Assembly (NCBI GenBank): GCA_963795135.1
Contig: CAWCGS010000008.1
Coordinates: 257,794-321,793, forward strand
Source of the DNA: an uncultured Actinomycetota bacterium
GTDB taxonomy: Bacteria > Actinomycetota > Actinomycetes > Propionibacteriales > Nocardioidaceae
Direction of reading: 5' to 3'
DNA: 64,000 nucleotides
Shown here: one piece after another, positions 19,958 through 28,518 of the stretch
Position numbering within the stretch: position 1 is the stretch's first letter
Layout of the letters: each line of letters opens with the position of its first letter
Translations under genes and position numbers: made by a program
Notes under the pieces: model-generated
What the model saw: the letters and a program-made list of their open reading frames with translations, nothing else
Databases searched by the model: none
What the model was told of the DNA's origin: nothing

Positions 19958-21260
19958 ATGACCGAAGCAGCGCCGACCACCACCGAGACCCTCCTCGGCG
20001 AGCTGCGCACGGCCAACACCGACATCGCCCAGGTGGAGATCCGCAAGCTCGAGCTGACGGTGGAGTGGGCGGTCGAGAACACCGTCGAAGCCGACGGGGA
20101 GTGGGCCGCCCACCAGGTCAGCCTCTTCGGCGACCGGGCCCTGCCGATCGCCGGGCCTGGGGCTCCGCTGGTCTCGGAGTTCGCGCTGATGGAGTACGCC
20201 GCCGCGCTGGGCCTGTCGACCGACTCCGGCAAGGCCTACGTCGGCAAGACCCTCGAGCTGCGCTACCGCCTCCCCCGGCTCTGGGAGCAGGTGATGACCG
20301 GGCGGGTGCCGGTGTGGCGGGCGATGCGGGTCGCCGAGCACACCCTCTGCCTCCCGATGGCCGCAGCCGCCGACGTCGACACCGCACTCGCTCCCGCTGC
20401 TGGGACGTGCTCGTGGGCCCAGATCGGCCGGCTCGTCGAGGAGGCCCTGGCCCGCCACGACCCCGCCGAGGCCGAGGAGCGTCGCCGGCGCGCCGCGGAC
20501 GGACGACGCTTCGACGTCGAGACCGACCTCGTCGACACCGCCGGCACCGTCCAGGTCACCGGCTGCCTCGACCTGGCCGACGCGCTGGACCTCGAGGCGG
20601 CGGTCAGCCGGTCCGCGACCCAGCTGGCCGAGCTGGGCTCCACCGAGACCCTCGACGTACGCCGCTCGATCGCCGTCGGTGAGATCGCCCGGCAGCAGCT
20701 CGCCCTCGACCTGGAGACCGGCGAGATCCAGCCCAGTCGGGGTCGGGGCGTGGTGCTCCACGTCCACCTCACCGACGCCGCCATCACCGGGGTCGGCGGC
20801 AACGTCGCCCGCTGCGGCAACACCCGCACCCCGGTCCTGCTCGACCAGGTCAAGCAGTGGTGCCAATCAGCGGGGCAGATCACCGTCGTCCCGATCAAGG
20901 ACCTCGGCGCCCACCACCACGTGGAGGCCTACGAGATCCCGGACCGGATCAAGACCCAGACCGAGCTGCTCAACCACACCTGCGTCTTCCCCCACTGCAC
21001 CCGCCGCGCCGAGAGCTGCGACCACGACCACATCGACCCCCACCACCCCGACGGCACCGGCGGCGCCACCTGCTCGCACAACATCGCGCCACTCTGCCGG
21101 ACGACACCACCGGGCGAAGACCCACGGCCGATGGCGCTACCGACGGATCCATCCCACCGGCTACGAGTGGACCACCCCGCACGGCTACCGGATCCTCCGC
21201 GACCACCACGGCACCCACCCCGCCGTTCCGCCCGACCACCCACCCGACCGCGAGCCCTGA
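19958..21260 (+). CDS. DUF222/13E12-like HNH endonuclease; +1 frameshift near 21100 (error or pseudogene)
   Basis: CVFPHC...CDHDHIDP...GGATCSHNIAPLCR continues as RHHRAKTHGRW in the next frame to the stop at 21260. Confidence 0.85.
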
Positions 21261-21360
21261 CCCAGCCCCGAGCCCCGGCGTACCCCCCACCACGCCGGGG
21301 CCACCGGCACGCCGGTCCAACGGGCCGTAGCCGGCCGCAGCGCCGGCGGGTGGCGGCGCC

Positions 21361-21465
21361 TGCGGATTGGTCACCAACCGCAGGCCGCACGCCGAAATCA
21401 CTGCGGTTTGGTCCCAAACCGACGACCGCGGGCCAGCAACCTTGCGGTTTGGTCCCAAACCGACG
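21361..21465. repeat. Three palindromic ~21-bp repeats at a 41-bp period with unique spacers
   Basis: TGCGGATTGGTCACCAACCGCA (21361); TGCGGTTTGGTCCCAAACCGA (21402 and 21443). Confidence 0.8.
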
Positions 21466-21530
21466 CGGCGCGCGGGCTCGCCACCGGACCGGCTGGGACC
21501 CGGACCGTCCCGATCAAGACCCCGCGAGCG

Positions 21531-21579
21531 GAACAGCGAGGGTTCTCAGTCACTGGGTGACTGAGAACCCTCGCTGTTC
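21531..21579. repeat. Perfect 23-bp inverted repeat (hairpin, possible bidirectional terminator)
   Basis: GAACAGCGAGGGTTCTCAGTCAC-TGG-GTGACTGAGAACCCTCGCTGTTC between convergent genes. Confidence 0.9.
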
Positions 21580-21628
21580 GTCGAGCAGTGGCGGCAATGG
21601 CCGCGCGGGCGCGCGGGCGCGCGGTGCG

Positions 21629-21853
21629 TCAGCCGCGGAAGCCGACGGTGCCGGAGACGCCGCCACCGATCTCGACGTAGGCGATCTTCGAGCCGGGGAT
21701 GACGGTACGACGGCCCTTGCTGTCGGTCAGCGACAGCAGGCCGTGCTCGGTGCCGAGGGCCTCGGAGACCAGGCTCTCGATCGCCTCGGCCTTCTCGTCG
21801 GTCTCGAGGACGATCTCGCGAGGGGCGTGCTGGATGCCGATCTTGACCTCCAC
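21629..21853 (-). CDS. DUF3107 family protein
   Basis: VEVKIGIQHAPREI...IAYVEIG...VGF. Confidence 0.9.
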   Translation of the reverse strand: MEVKIGIQHAPREIVLETDEKAEAIESLVSEALGTEHGLLSLTDSKGRRTVIPGSKIAYVEIGGGVSGTVGFRG

Positions 21854-21909
21854 GGTCGGTACTCCTTCAGATCCTTGGTGCTGGGTGGGTGCGCTGGGGG
21901 TGCGGTGGG

Positions 21910-22602
21910 TCAGGACGTGCTGGGCTTCACGGGCTTGCCCGCCGCCTCGGCCGCCTGCTCGGCGGCGTGCTCGTCGGTCAAGGGGTAGCCGCGGATACCG
22001 CGCCACGCGAGCCCGGCGACCAGGTCGGAGGCCTGCTTGCGGGCGATGCCGCCGGCCTCGATCAACCAGAACCGCGCGCTGACCTGAGCCATTCCGACCA
22101 GCGACACCGCGAGCAGTCGCGCGGCCTCGTCGGGCAGCCCGGTGTCGTCGCGGATCACGTGGGCGATCAGGTCGGCGCACTCGGTGGTCACCCGGTCGAC
22201 GTGCTCGCGCACCGCCGGCTCGTTGGTGAGGTCGGACTCGAAGACCAGCCGGAAGGCGCCGGTGTCGTTGGCGACGTAGTCGAAGAAGGCGCCCACGGCG
22301 GCCTCGACGCGCAGCTTGTTGTCGGCCGTGGACTCCAGCGCGCCCCGACAGTTGTCGATGATCGTGTCGCAGGAGGAGTCCAGGAGCGCGAGGTAGAGGT
22401 CGAGCTTGCCGGGGAAGTGCTGGTAGAGGACCGGCTTGGACACCCCGGCCCTCTCGGCGATGTCGTCCATCGCCGCCGAGTGGTAGCCGTGGTTGACGAA
22501 GACCTCCAGCGCCGACTCGAGCAGCTGGACCCGCCGCTCACGTCGGGGGAGGCGCCCTCCCCGGGGTCGCGCCTCCTCGACCATCCGATGCGTCTCGCTC
22601 AT
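21910..22602 (-). CDS. TetR/AcrR family regulator
   Basis: GYHSAAMDDIAERAGVSKPVLYQHFPGK. Confidence 0.93.
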   Translation of the reverse strand: MSETHRMVEEARPRGGRLPRRERRVQLLESALEVFVNHGYHSAAMDDIAERAGVSKPVLYQHFPGKLDLYLALLDSSCDTIIDNCRGALESTADNKLRVEAAVGAFFDYVANDTGAFRLVFESDLTNEPAVREHVDRVTTECADLIAHVIRDDTGLPDEAARLLAVSLVGMAQVSARFWLIEAGGIARKQASDLVAGLAWRGIRGYPLTDEHAAEQAAEAAGKPVKPSTS

Positions 22603-22779
22603 GCCTCGGAGCCTACCCGCCGGTACCGGCAGGTCCGGATGACGGGACGCGCGGGTCGGGCCACCACCTGCGAGCCACGATGGGACGACCAGGGGAACAC
22701 CGCGAGCGGCGACGACGTTGTGCCGGTTCCCGCCCCACCCGCAGACGTGACCCCCATGTCGTGACCGAGGAGTGACACC

Positions 22780-23979
22780 GTGAGTTTCCCCGCGCTGGTC
22801 GAGCCCGCCGATGAGCTGACGATCGACGAGGTACGCCGCTACAGCCGCCACCTGATCATCCCCGACGTGGGCATGACCGGGCAGAAGCGGCTGAAGAACG
22901 CCAAGGTGCTGGTCATCGGCGCCGGAGGCCTCGGCAGCCCCGCCCTGCTCTACCTGGCCGCGGCCGGTGTGGGCACGCTCGGCATCGCCGAGTTCGACGA
23001 GGTCGACGAGTCCAACCTGCAGCGCCAGATCATCCACACCCAGTCCGACATCGGGAAGTCCAAGGCCGTCTCCGCGAAGGAGTCGATCAACGAGGCCAAC
23101 CCCTACGTCGACGTGGTCCTGCACGAGGAGCGCCTCGACAACGACAACGTGATGGGCGTCTTCGAGGGCTATGACCTGATCGTCGACGGGACCGACAACT
23201 TCGCGACCCGCTACATGGTCAACGACGCGGCGTACTTCCTCGGGATCCCCTACGTCTGGGGCTCGATCTACCGCTTCGACGGCCAGGCCTCGGTCTTCGC
23301 GCCGACGATGAGCGACGACGCTCCCTGCTACCGCTGCCTCTACCCCGAGCCGCCCCCGCCGGGCATGGTCCCGAGCTGCGCCGAGGGCGGCGTGCTCGGC
23401 GTCCTGTGCGCCAGCATCGGGTCGATCCAGGTCAACGAGGCGATCAAGGTGATCACCGGCATCGGCGACCCGGCCATCGGCAAGCTCGTCATCTACGACG
23501 CGCTCGAGCTCGAGTGGCGCAAGCTCAAGGTCCGCAAGGACCCCAACTGCGCGCTCTGCGGCGAGAACGCCACGGTGACCGGGCTGATCGACTACGACGC
23601 GTTCTGCGGCGCGGTCTCCGACGAGGCCGCCGACGCGGCGGTCGGGTCGACGATCTCGGTCACCCAGCTCGAGCACATGCTCAAGGAGCGCGAGGAGGGG
23701 ACCCGCGACTTCGTCCTGGTCGACGTCCGCGAGCCCAACGAGTACGAGATCAACCAGATCCCCGGCTCGGTGCTGATCCCCAAGGGCGAGTTCCTCAACG
23801 GCAACGCGCTCGGCGAGCTCAGCCAGGACACCCCGGTCGTGCTGCACTGCAAGAGCGGCGTCCGCTCGGCCGAGGCGCTCGCGGTGCTCAAGGGCGCCGG
23901 GTACGGCGATGCCGTGCACGTCGGCGGCGGCGTGGTCGCCTGGGTCAACCAGATCGACCCCAGCCAGCCGTCGTACTGA
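22780..23979 (+). CDS. moeZ: Adenylyltransferase/sulfurtransferase (ThiF plus rhodanese domains)
   Basis: RYSRHLI, GAGGLG, SNLQRQ, CYRC, C-terminal CKSGVRS. Confidence 0.95.
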   Translation: MSFPALVEPADELTIDEVRRYSRHLIIPDVGMTGQKRLKNAKVLVIGAGGLGSPALLYLAAAGVGTLGIAEFDEVDESNLQRQIIHTQSDIGKSKAVSAKESINEANPYVDVVLHEERLDNDNVMGVFEGYDLIVDGTDNFATRYMVNDAAYFLGIPYVWGSIYRFDGQASVFAPTMSDDAPCYRCLYPEPPPPGMVPSCAEGGVLGVLCASIGSIQVNEAIKVITGIGDPAIGKLVIYDALELEWRKLKVRKDPNCALCGENATVTGLIDYDAFCGAVSDEAADAAVGSTISVTQLEHMLKEREEGTRDFVLVDVREPNEYEINQIPGSVLIPKGEFLNGNALGELSQDTPVVLHCKSGVRSAEALAVLKGAGYGDAVHVGGGVVAWVNQIDPSQPSY

Positions 23980-23998
23980 CCGTCCGACCGGCAAGGAC

Positions 23999-24034
23999 TA
24001 CGCCCGTCTAGTCATTTATGACTAGGCGGGCGTA
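23999..24034 (+). terminator. Stem-loop after moeZ
   Basis: TACGCCCGTCTAGTCAT-TT-ATGACTAGGCGGGCGTA with one G:U pair. Confidence 0.55.
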
Positions 24035-24065
24035 ACCCTTCTGGAACTCGCTCGTTGTCATCACC

Positions 24066-24953
24066 ATGCTGACCACGAAGCCGCGACTCGGCCGTACCTT
24101 TGCCACCCTCGCCCTGGCCACCACGGCCACGCTGGGCGCCACTCTCTCCGTCGCCTCCCCGGCGACCTCGGCCGGACAGGGCTACGCGCCCGCCGACACC
24201 GCCACGATCACGCCCGGCGTCCAGATGTACACCGACGGTGCGCAGTGCACCGGCAACTTCGTCTTCACCGACGCCAGCGCCAACACCTACGTCGGGTACG
24301 CCGCCCACTGCGCCGGCATGGGTGCGGCGACCGACACCAACGGCTGCCTCAACGACTCGGTCGCCCTCGGCACCCCCGTCGAGTTCCGCCGCGGCGGCTC
24401 CTTGGTCACCAGCGGCACCAAGGTCGGTGCGGGGACGCTGGCCTACAGCTCGTGGCGGACCATGCGGGCCCAGGGCGAGGACCCGGCCGGCAACGCCTGC
24501 GCCTACAACGACTTCGCGCTGGTCAAGGTCAACGCCGCCGACACCGGCAAGGTCAACCCGAGCGTCCCGTTCTGGGGCGGCCCGACCGGGATCGACACCG
24601 ACGGCACCGACGCGGGCGACCGGGTCTACTCCTACGGCAACTCCAGCCTGCGTGGCGGCGTCGAGGCCCTCTCGCCGAAGACCGGCATCTCGCTCGGCGA
24701 CGACGCGGCCGACGGCGGCTGGTCGCACCCGCTCTACACCGTGACCCCCGGCGTCCCCGGAGACTCGGGCTCGGCCTTCCTCAGCGAGAACGGGCAGGCC
24801 ATCGGCACGCTGTCGACGCTGGGCCTCGCCCCGCTGCCGGCCTCCAACAACATCGGCGACCTCAGCCGTGAGCTGGCCTACGCCCAGGCCAACTCCGGCA
24901 TCGCCGGCCTGCGTCTGGTCCCGGGCACCGAGCCCTTCGACCCGATCCTCTGA
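24066..24953 (+). CDS. Secreted trypsin-like serine protease
   Basis: Signal peptide; AAHC, DFALV and GDSGS catalytic triad motifs. Confidence 0.85.
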   Translation: MLTTKPRLGRTFATLALATTATLGATLSVASPATSAGQGYAPADTATITPGVQMYTDGAQCTGNFVFTDASANTYVGYAAHCAGMGAATDTNGCLNDSVALGTPVEFRRGGSLVTSGTKVGAGTLAYSSWRTMRAQGEDPAGNACAYNDFALVKVNAADTGKVNPSVPFWGGPTGIDTDGTDAGDRVYSYGNSSLRGGVEALSPKTGISLGDDAADGGWSHPLYTVTPGVPGDSGSAFLSENGQAIGTLSTLGLAPLPASNNIGDLSRELAYAQANSGIAGLRLVPGTEPFDPIL

Positions 24954-25136
24954 CGGCACACGTCGGCGACGCGCGATCCTCGGGCCCGGCGGACCCCCGG
25001 CGGTACGTTGAGCCCCATGGCCGCGGACAACCGGGACGAGTCGCCCCGCAGCCACCGCGCGCCTGACGCGGCCGACACCTGCGTGACACCTGCACCCACG
25101 GGCACCGCCACCACGGCGGTGCCCGTGGGTGCTGTC

Positions 25137-25442
25137 GTGACTGACGCCGAGGAGCACGTCGAGGCCGTGCTCGGCCTGGTCGAGCGGGTGCCGCCGGGCC
25201 GGGTGACGACGTACGGCGCCCTCGCGGCCGTGGTGGGCGGCGGCCCGCGGCAGGTCGGGGCGGTGATGTCGCGCCACGGCGGTCCGGTGCCGTGGTGGCG
25301 CGTGGTCCGCGCCGACGGGTCGCTGCCGCCGAGCCACCTCGGGGAGGCGCAGCGGCGCTACACCGAGGAGGGCACCCCGCGCCGACCGTCGGGGGCGGTG
25401 GACATGGGCGGGGCCTTCTGGGACCCCGCCCGACCCGACTGA
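25137..25442 (+). CDS. Alkyltransferase-like (ATL/MGMT family) DNA-binding protein
   Basis: VPPGRVTTYG, PRQVG, VPWWRVV with Trp in place of the catalytic Cys; start uncertain. Confidence 0.85.
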   Translation: MTDAEEHVEAVLGLVERVPPGRVTTYGALAAVVGGGPRQVGAVMSRHGGPVPWWRVVRADGSLPPSHLGEAQRRYTEEGTPRRPSGAVDMGGAFWDPARPD

Positions 25443-25499
25443 CCTTTCCCGACCGGACTGACCTTTCCCGACCGGTCGGCCGCGGACCGACGGCGAGGG

Positions 25500-27899
25500 T
25501 CAGCGCAGCCGCTCCAGGTAGCCGGCCGTCAGCCGCGCCTCGCCCAGCCGGCGCTCCCAGGTCACGCCGACCAGCGTGAGCAGCGCGCCGGCCAGCCCGA
25601 TCAGCACCCACTGCGGGGTCTGGGCGGCGTACGGCGCGAGCTCGCGCAGCACGAGCACCCCGCCGCCGGTGGCGCCCACCACGAGCGGGGCGTTCCAGCG
25701 CAGCCGGGTGCCGAGGAGGGCGAGGGTGAGCAGCGCACCCCCGAGCAGGGCCGCGCGGGGCGTCAGCGGGTCGTCCAGCACCCACAGCAGCGAGGGAACG
25801 GTGCCGAGCAGCAGCCCGGGCAGCAGCACCGAGCTCGGCGCTCCGGGCCGCTGCTTCAGGCGGTGCAGGCCCAGGAGCAGCAGCACCGTCGCGGTCGGGA
25901 GCGTGTAGGCCTCCGGCGCGGTGACGCCGAGGTCGGCGAGGCGGACCCAGGTGGCGGCCGCGAGCAGCAGCCCGCCGAGGGCGGCCGCGGGACGGCGGTG
26001 GTCGTGGAGCAGCGAGGTGGAGGTCACCAAGGCGCCGGCGACGGTCAGGTGCAGGGCGAGCGACGTGGCCGGGTCGGTGGCGGCGACGACCGCGGAGGCG
26101 CCGGCCAGCACGGCAGCGAGACCGGCAGTGGTCTCGACCTCGGCCCGCGGGAGGGCCAGGGCGAGGAGGCCGACGGCGACGAGCACGGGCAGCCCCCGCG
26201 CCGCCAGGTCGAGGTCGACGACCTCACCGAGCGACCAGAGGGTGCCGGCCAGGGTCACCGGCAGCAGCAGCCCGGCCCCGGCGACCGTCCGCGGCCCGCG
26301 GTCGCGCAGCAGCAGCCCGACCGCGACCACGGTCGCCGCCCCCGCGCTCAGGGCGGTGAGCCCGGCGCTGGGCAGGGCGACCAGGGCTGCGGCCGTGAGC
26401 ACGCCGGCCGCGGCCGCCAGACCCCCCTCGCCCGCGACCACGCCACGCGCCGTGAGGGCGCCGGCGAGCCCGAGCAGCGCCACGGTCACGACCCACAGCG
26501 GCGTGGGGAGCAGTCCGAGCGTGGCGATCCCGGCGAGCGCCACCAGCGTCAGCGGAGCCGCGAGCGGCACCCGGACCGCCCGCGACCCGAGCCCCACCAG
26601 GCCTACCAGCAGGAGGACGGCGACCGAGGGGACCAGGACGCCCGGGGCGGCCACCAGCACGAGCGGGGCGACCCGCACGCCGGCGCCGGCCGCGAACGGC
26701 TCGCCGAGAGTGAGCAGCGCCGAGACGCCCTGCACTCCCAGCGCGAGCACGGTCACGACCAGCGGCAGCGAGGCGAAGCCGGCCGGCGCGAGCGGGACGC
26801 CCGACCAACGGCGGGGGACGCGGACGGCGATCGCGGCGCCGAGCAGGGCGATGACCAGGGCGGCCACGGTGACCCGGGTCAGGCCCTCGTCCACGACCGG
26901 GAGGGCGACGACGCCGACCACCAGCGACCCGGCGCCGGCGAGGCCCAGCACCTGCACGGAGTGGTCGCGGACCACGACCAGGGGGAGCAGCAGCAGCGCC
27001 GCCGAGGCCAGCAGCGACCAGGCGGTCCCGTCGGCGGACCAGACCGTGGCGAGGCTCGGTCGCTCGAGCGCCGCGGCGAGCCCGTGGAGCGTCAGCGCCG
27101 ACCAGGTCAGCCCGCCGGTGAGCAGACCTACCCAGGGCAGCACCGCAGCACCCCGCGACAGCCCCAGCCCGGCGAGGCCCGCGGCGGCGATGACGGCCAG
27201 GGACTCCACGAGCAGGGCCGAGGCGCTGAGCTCCATCGCGGCGGCGTACGCCGTGGCGAAGCCGAGGCCGGCGAACAGCTGGGGCGCGGCCAGCCGCGGC
27301 TGCGCCACCGTCCAGCCCAGGGCGGCGACCAGCAGCGTCAGGCCGACCGTGAGCAGGGTCTGCGGGTAGTCCAGCGACCCCAGCCAGCCGGCGTGCTCGG
27401 CCCCGAGCACGTCGAGGGTCAGCAGGCCGAGGGCCACCGTGCTCAGCGCCTCCCCGGCCACCCGCAGCCCGCGCCGGGCCAGGCCGGCACCGACGGCGCC
27501 CGAGGCGGCGGTGAGCGCGACCAGGACCGCCGTACGCCCGCCGACACCGAGCCAGGACCACGCGACGGCGAGGAAGATGACGGCGGCGACGAGCAGGCAC
27601 AGCGCGCCGAGGCCGAGCAGGACCACCGGCACCGAGGTGGGGCGCAGGCCGCGGCGGCGGTGCGGGGCGGGCCCGGGAGCGGTGGCGGGGACAGCGACCG
27701 TCGGGACCGTCAGCGGCTCCGGTGCGGTGGAGACCACGCGCAGCCGACCGAGCAGCGAGTCGGCCCGCTGCAGGGTCCCGAAGAGCTCGTGGCTCAGCGG
27801 GTGGCGCAGCAGCAGGCCGCAGGCGGGGCAGTCCGGAGCGCCGGCGGGGAGGTCGGCGGAGCAGTCGGGACAGGCGTGTGGGTCGGCGTAGCGCGTCAT
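25500..27899 (-). CDS. Large polytopic membrane protein with N-terminal zinc ribbon (SCO7613-like C-terminus)
   Basis: CPDC...CPAC; many TM helices; PEAYTLP and GVTWERR. Confidence 0.82.
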   Translation of the reverse strand: MTRYADPHACPDCSADLPAGAPDCPACGLLLRHPLSHELFGTLQRADSLLGRLRVVSTAPEPLTVPTVAVPATAPGPAPHRRRGLRPTSVPVVLLGLGALCLLVAAVIFLAVAWSWLGVGGRTAVLVALTAASGAVGAGLARRGLRVAGEALSTVALGLLTLDVLGAEHAGWLGSLDYPQTLLTVGLTLLVAALGWTVAQPRLAAPQLFAGLGFATAYAAAMELSASALLVESLAVIAAAGLAGLGLSRGAAVLPWVGLLTGGLTWSALTLHGLAAALERPSLATVWSADGTAWSLLASAALLLLPLVVVRDHSVQVLGLAGAGSLVVGVVALPVVDEGLTRVTVAALVIALLGAAIAVRVPRRWSGVPLAPAGFASLPLVVTVLALGVQGVSALLTLGEPFAAGAGVRVAPLVLVAAPGVLVPSVAVLLLVGLVGLGSRAVRVPLAAPLTLVALAGIATLGLLPTPLWVVTVALLGLAGALTARGVVAGEGGLAAAAGVLTAAALVALPSAGLTALSAGAATVVAVGLLLRDRGPRTVAGAGLLLPVTLAGTLWSLGEVVDLDLAARGLPVLVAVGLLALALPRAEVETTAGLAAVLAGASAVVAATDPATSLALHLTVAGALVTSTSLLHDHRRPAAALGGLLLAAATWVRLADLGVTAPEAYTLPTATVLLLLGLHRLKQRPGAPSSVLLPGLLLGTVPSLLWVLDDPLTPRAALLGGALLTLALLGTRLRWNAPLVVGATGGGVLVLRELAPYAAQTPQWVLIGLAGALLTLVGVTWERRLGEARLTAGYLERLR

Positions 27900-27993
27900 G
27901 GGTCCATTGACGCGCCCGGACCGGGTACGGCGCCGCGGCCGAGCGACTCAACCCGGGTGAGTACCCGGGCTCAGCCGCTCGGGGAGGGGAGCC

Positions 27994-28494
27994 TCAGGCG
28001 GTCAGGCCGAGCGCGGAGACCGCGGCGTCGTAGTCGGGCTCCTGGGCGATCTCGGGGACCAGCTCGGAGTGGAGCACCGTGCCGTCCTCGTCGACCACGA
28101 CCACGGCGCGGGCCAGCAGACCCTCGAACTTGCCGTCGAGCAGGCGCACCCCGTAGTCGTCACCGAAGCTGGAGCGGAAGGCCGAGGCGGCGGTGACGCC
28201 CTCGATGCCCTCGGAGCCGCAGAAGCGCGCCTGGGCGAACGGCAGGTCGTGGGAGACGCAGACCACGCGGGTGTTGTCGAGGTCAGCGGCGATCTCGTTG
28301 AACTTGCGCACGCTCTGGGCGCAGGTGCCGGTGTCGACGCTGGGGAAGATGTTGATGACGGTGCGGGTGCCGGACGGCAGCGTCACGTCGCCGAAGTCGG
28401 AGCCGATCAGCGCGAACCCCGGAGCCGGCGAGCCCACGGTGGGGAGGTCGCCGATGGTCTGGACGGGGTTGCCGCCGAGTGCAGTGGTAGCCAT
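27994..28494 (-). CDS. tpx: Thiol peroxidase
   Basis: NIFPSVDTGTC, DLPFAQARFC, EPDYD. Confidence 0.95.
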   Translation of the reverse strand: MATTALGGNPVQTIGDLPTVGSPAPGFALIGSDFGDVTLPSGTRTVINIFPSVDTGTCAQSVRKFNEIAADLDNTRVVCVSHDLPFAQARFCGSEGIEGVTAASAFRSSFGDDYGVRLLDGKFEGLLARAVVVVDEDGTVLHSELVPEIAQEPDYDAAVSALGLTA

Positions 28495-28518
28495 GGCTGC
28501 ATTTTTGCAGAGGGCTGG

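Noticed and set aside
18858-19961. Several ORFs across the repeat array
   Set aside because: They are translations of repeats with no recognisable domains
19958-21988. 676-aa ORF as a single protein
   Set aside because: The HNH motif continues in another frame after about 21100; the tail runs through repeats and antisense to DUF3107
25437-25474. 19-bp tandem duplication GACTGACCTTTCCCGACCG over the ATL stop codon
   Set aside because: Only two copies, none elsewhere in the window, and no evident function
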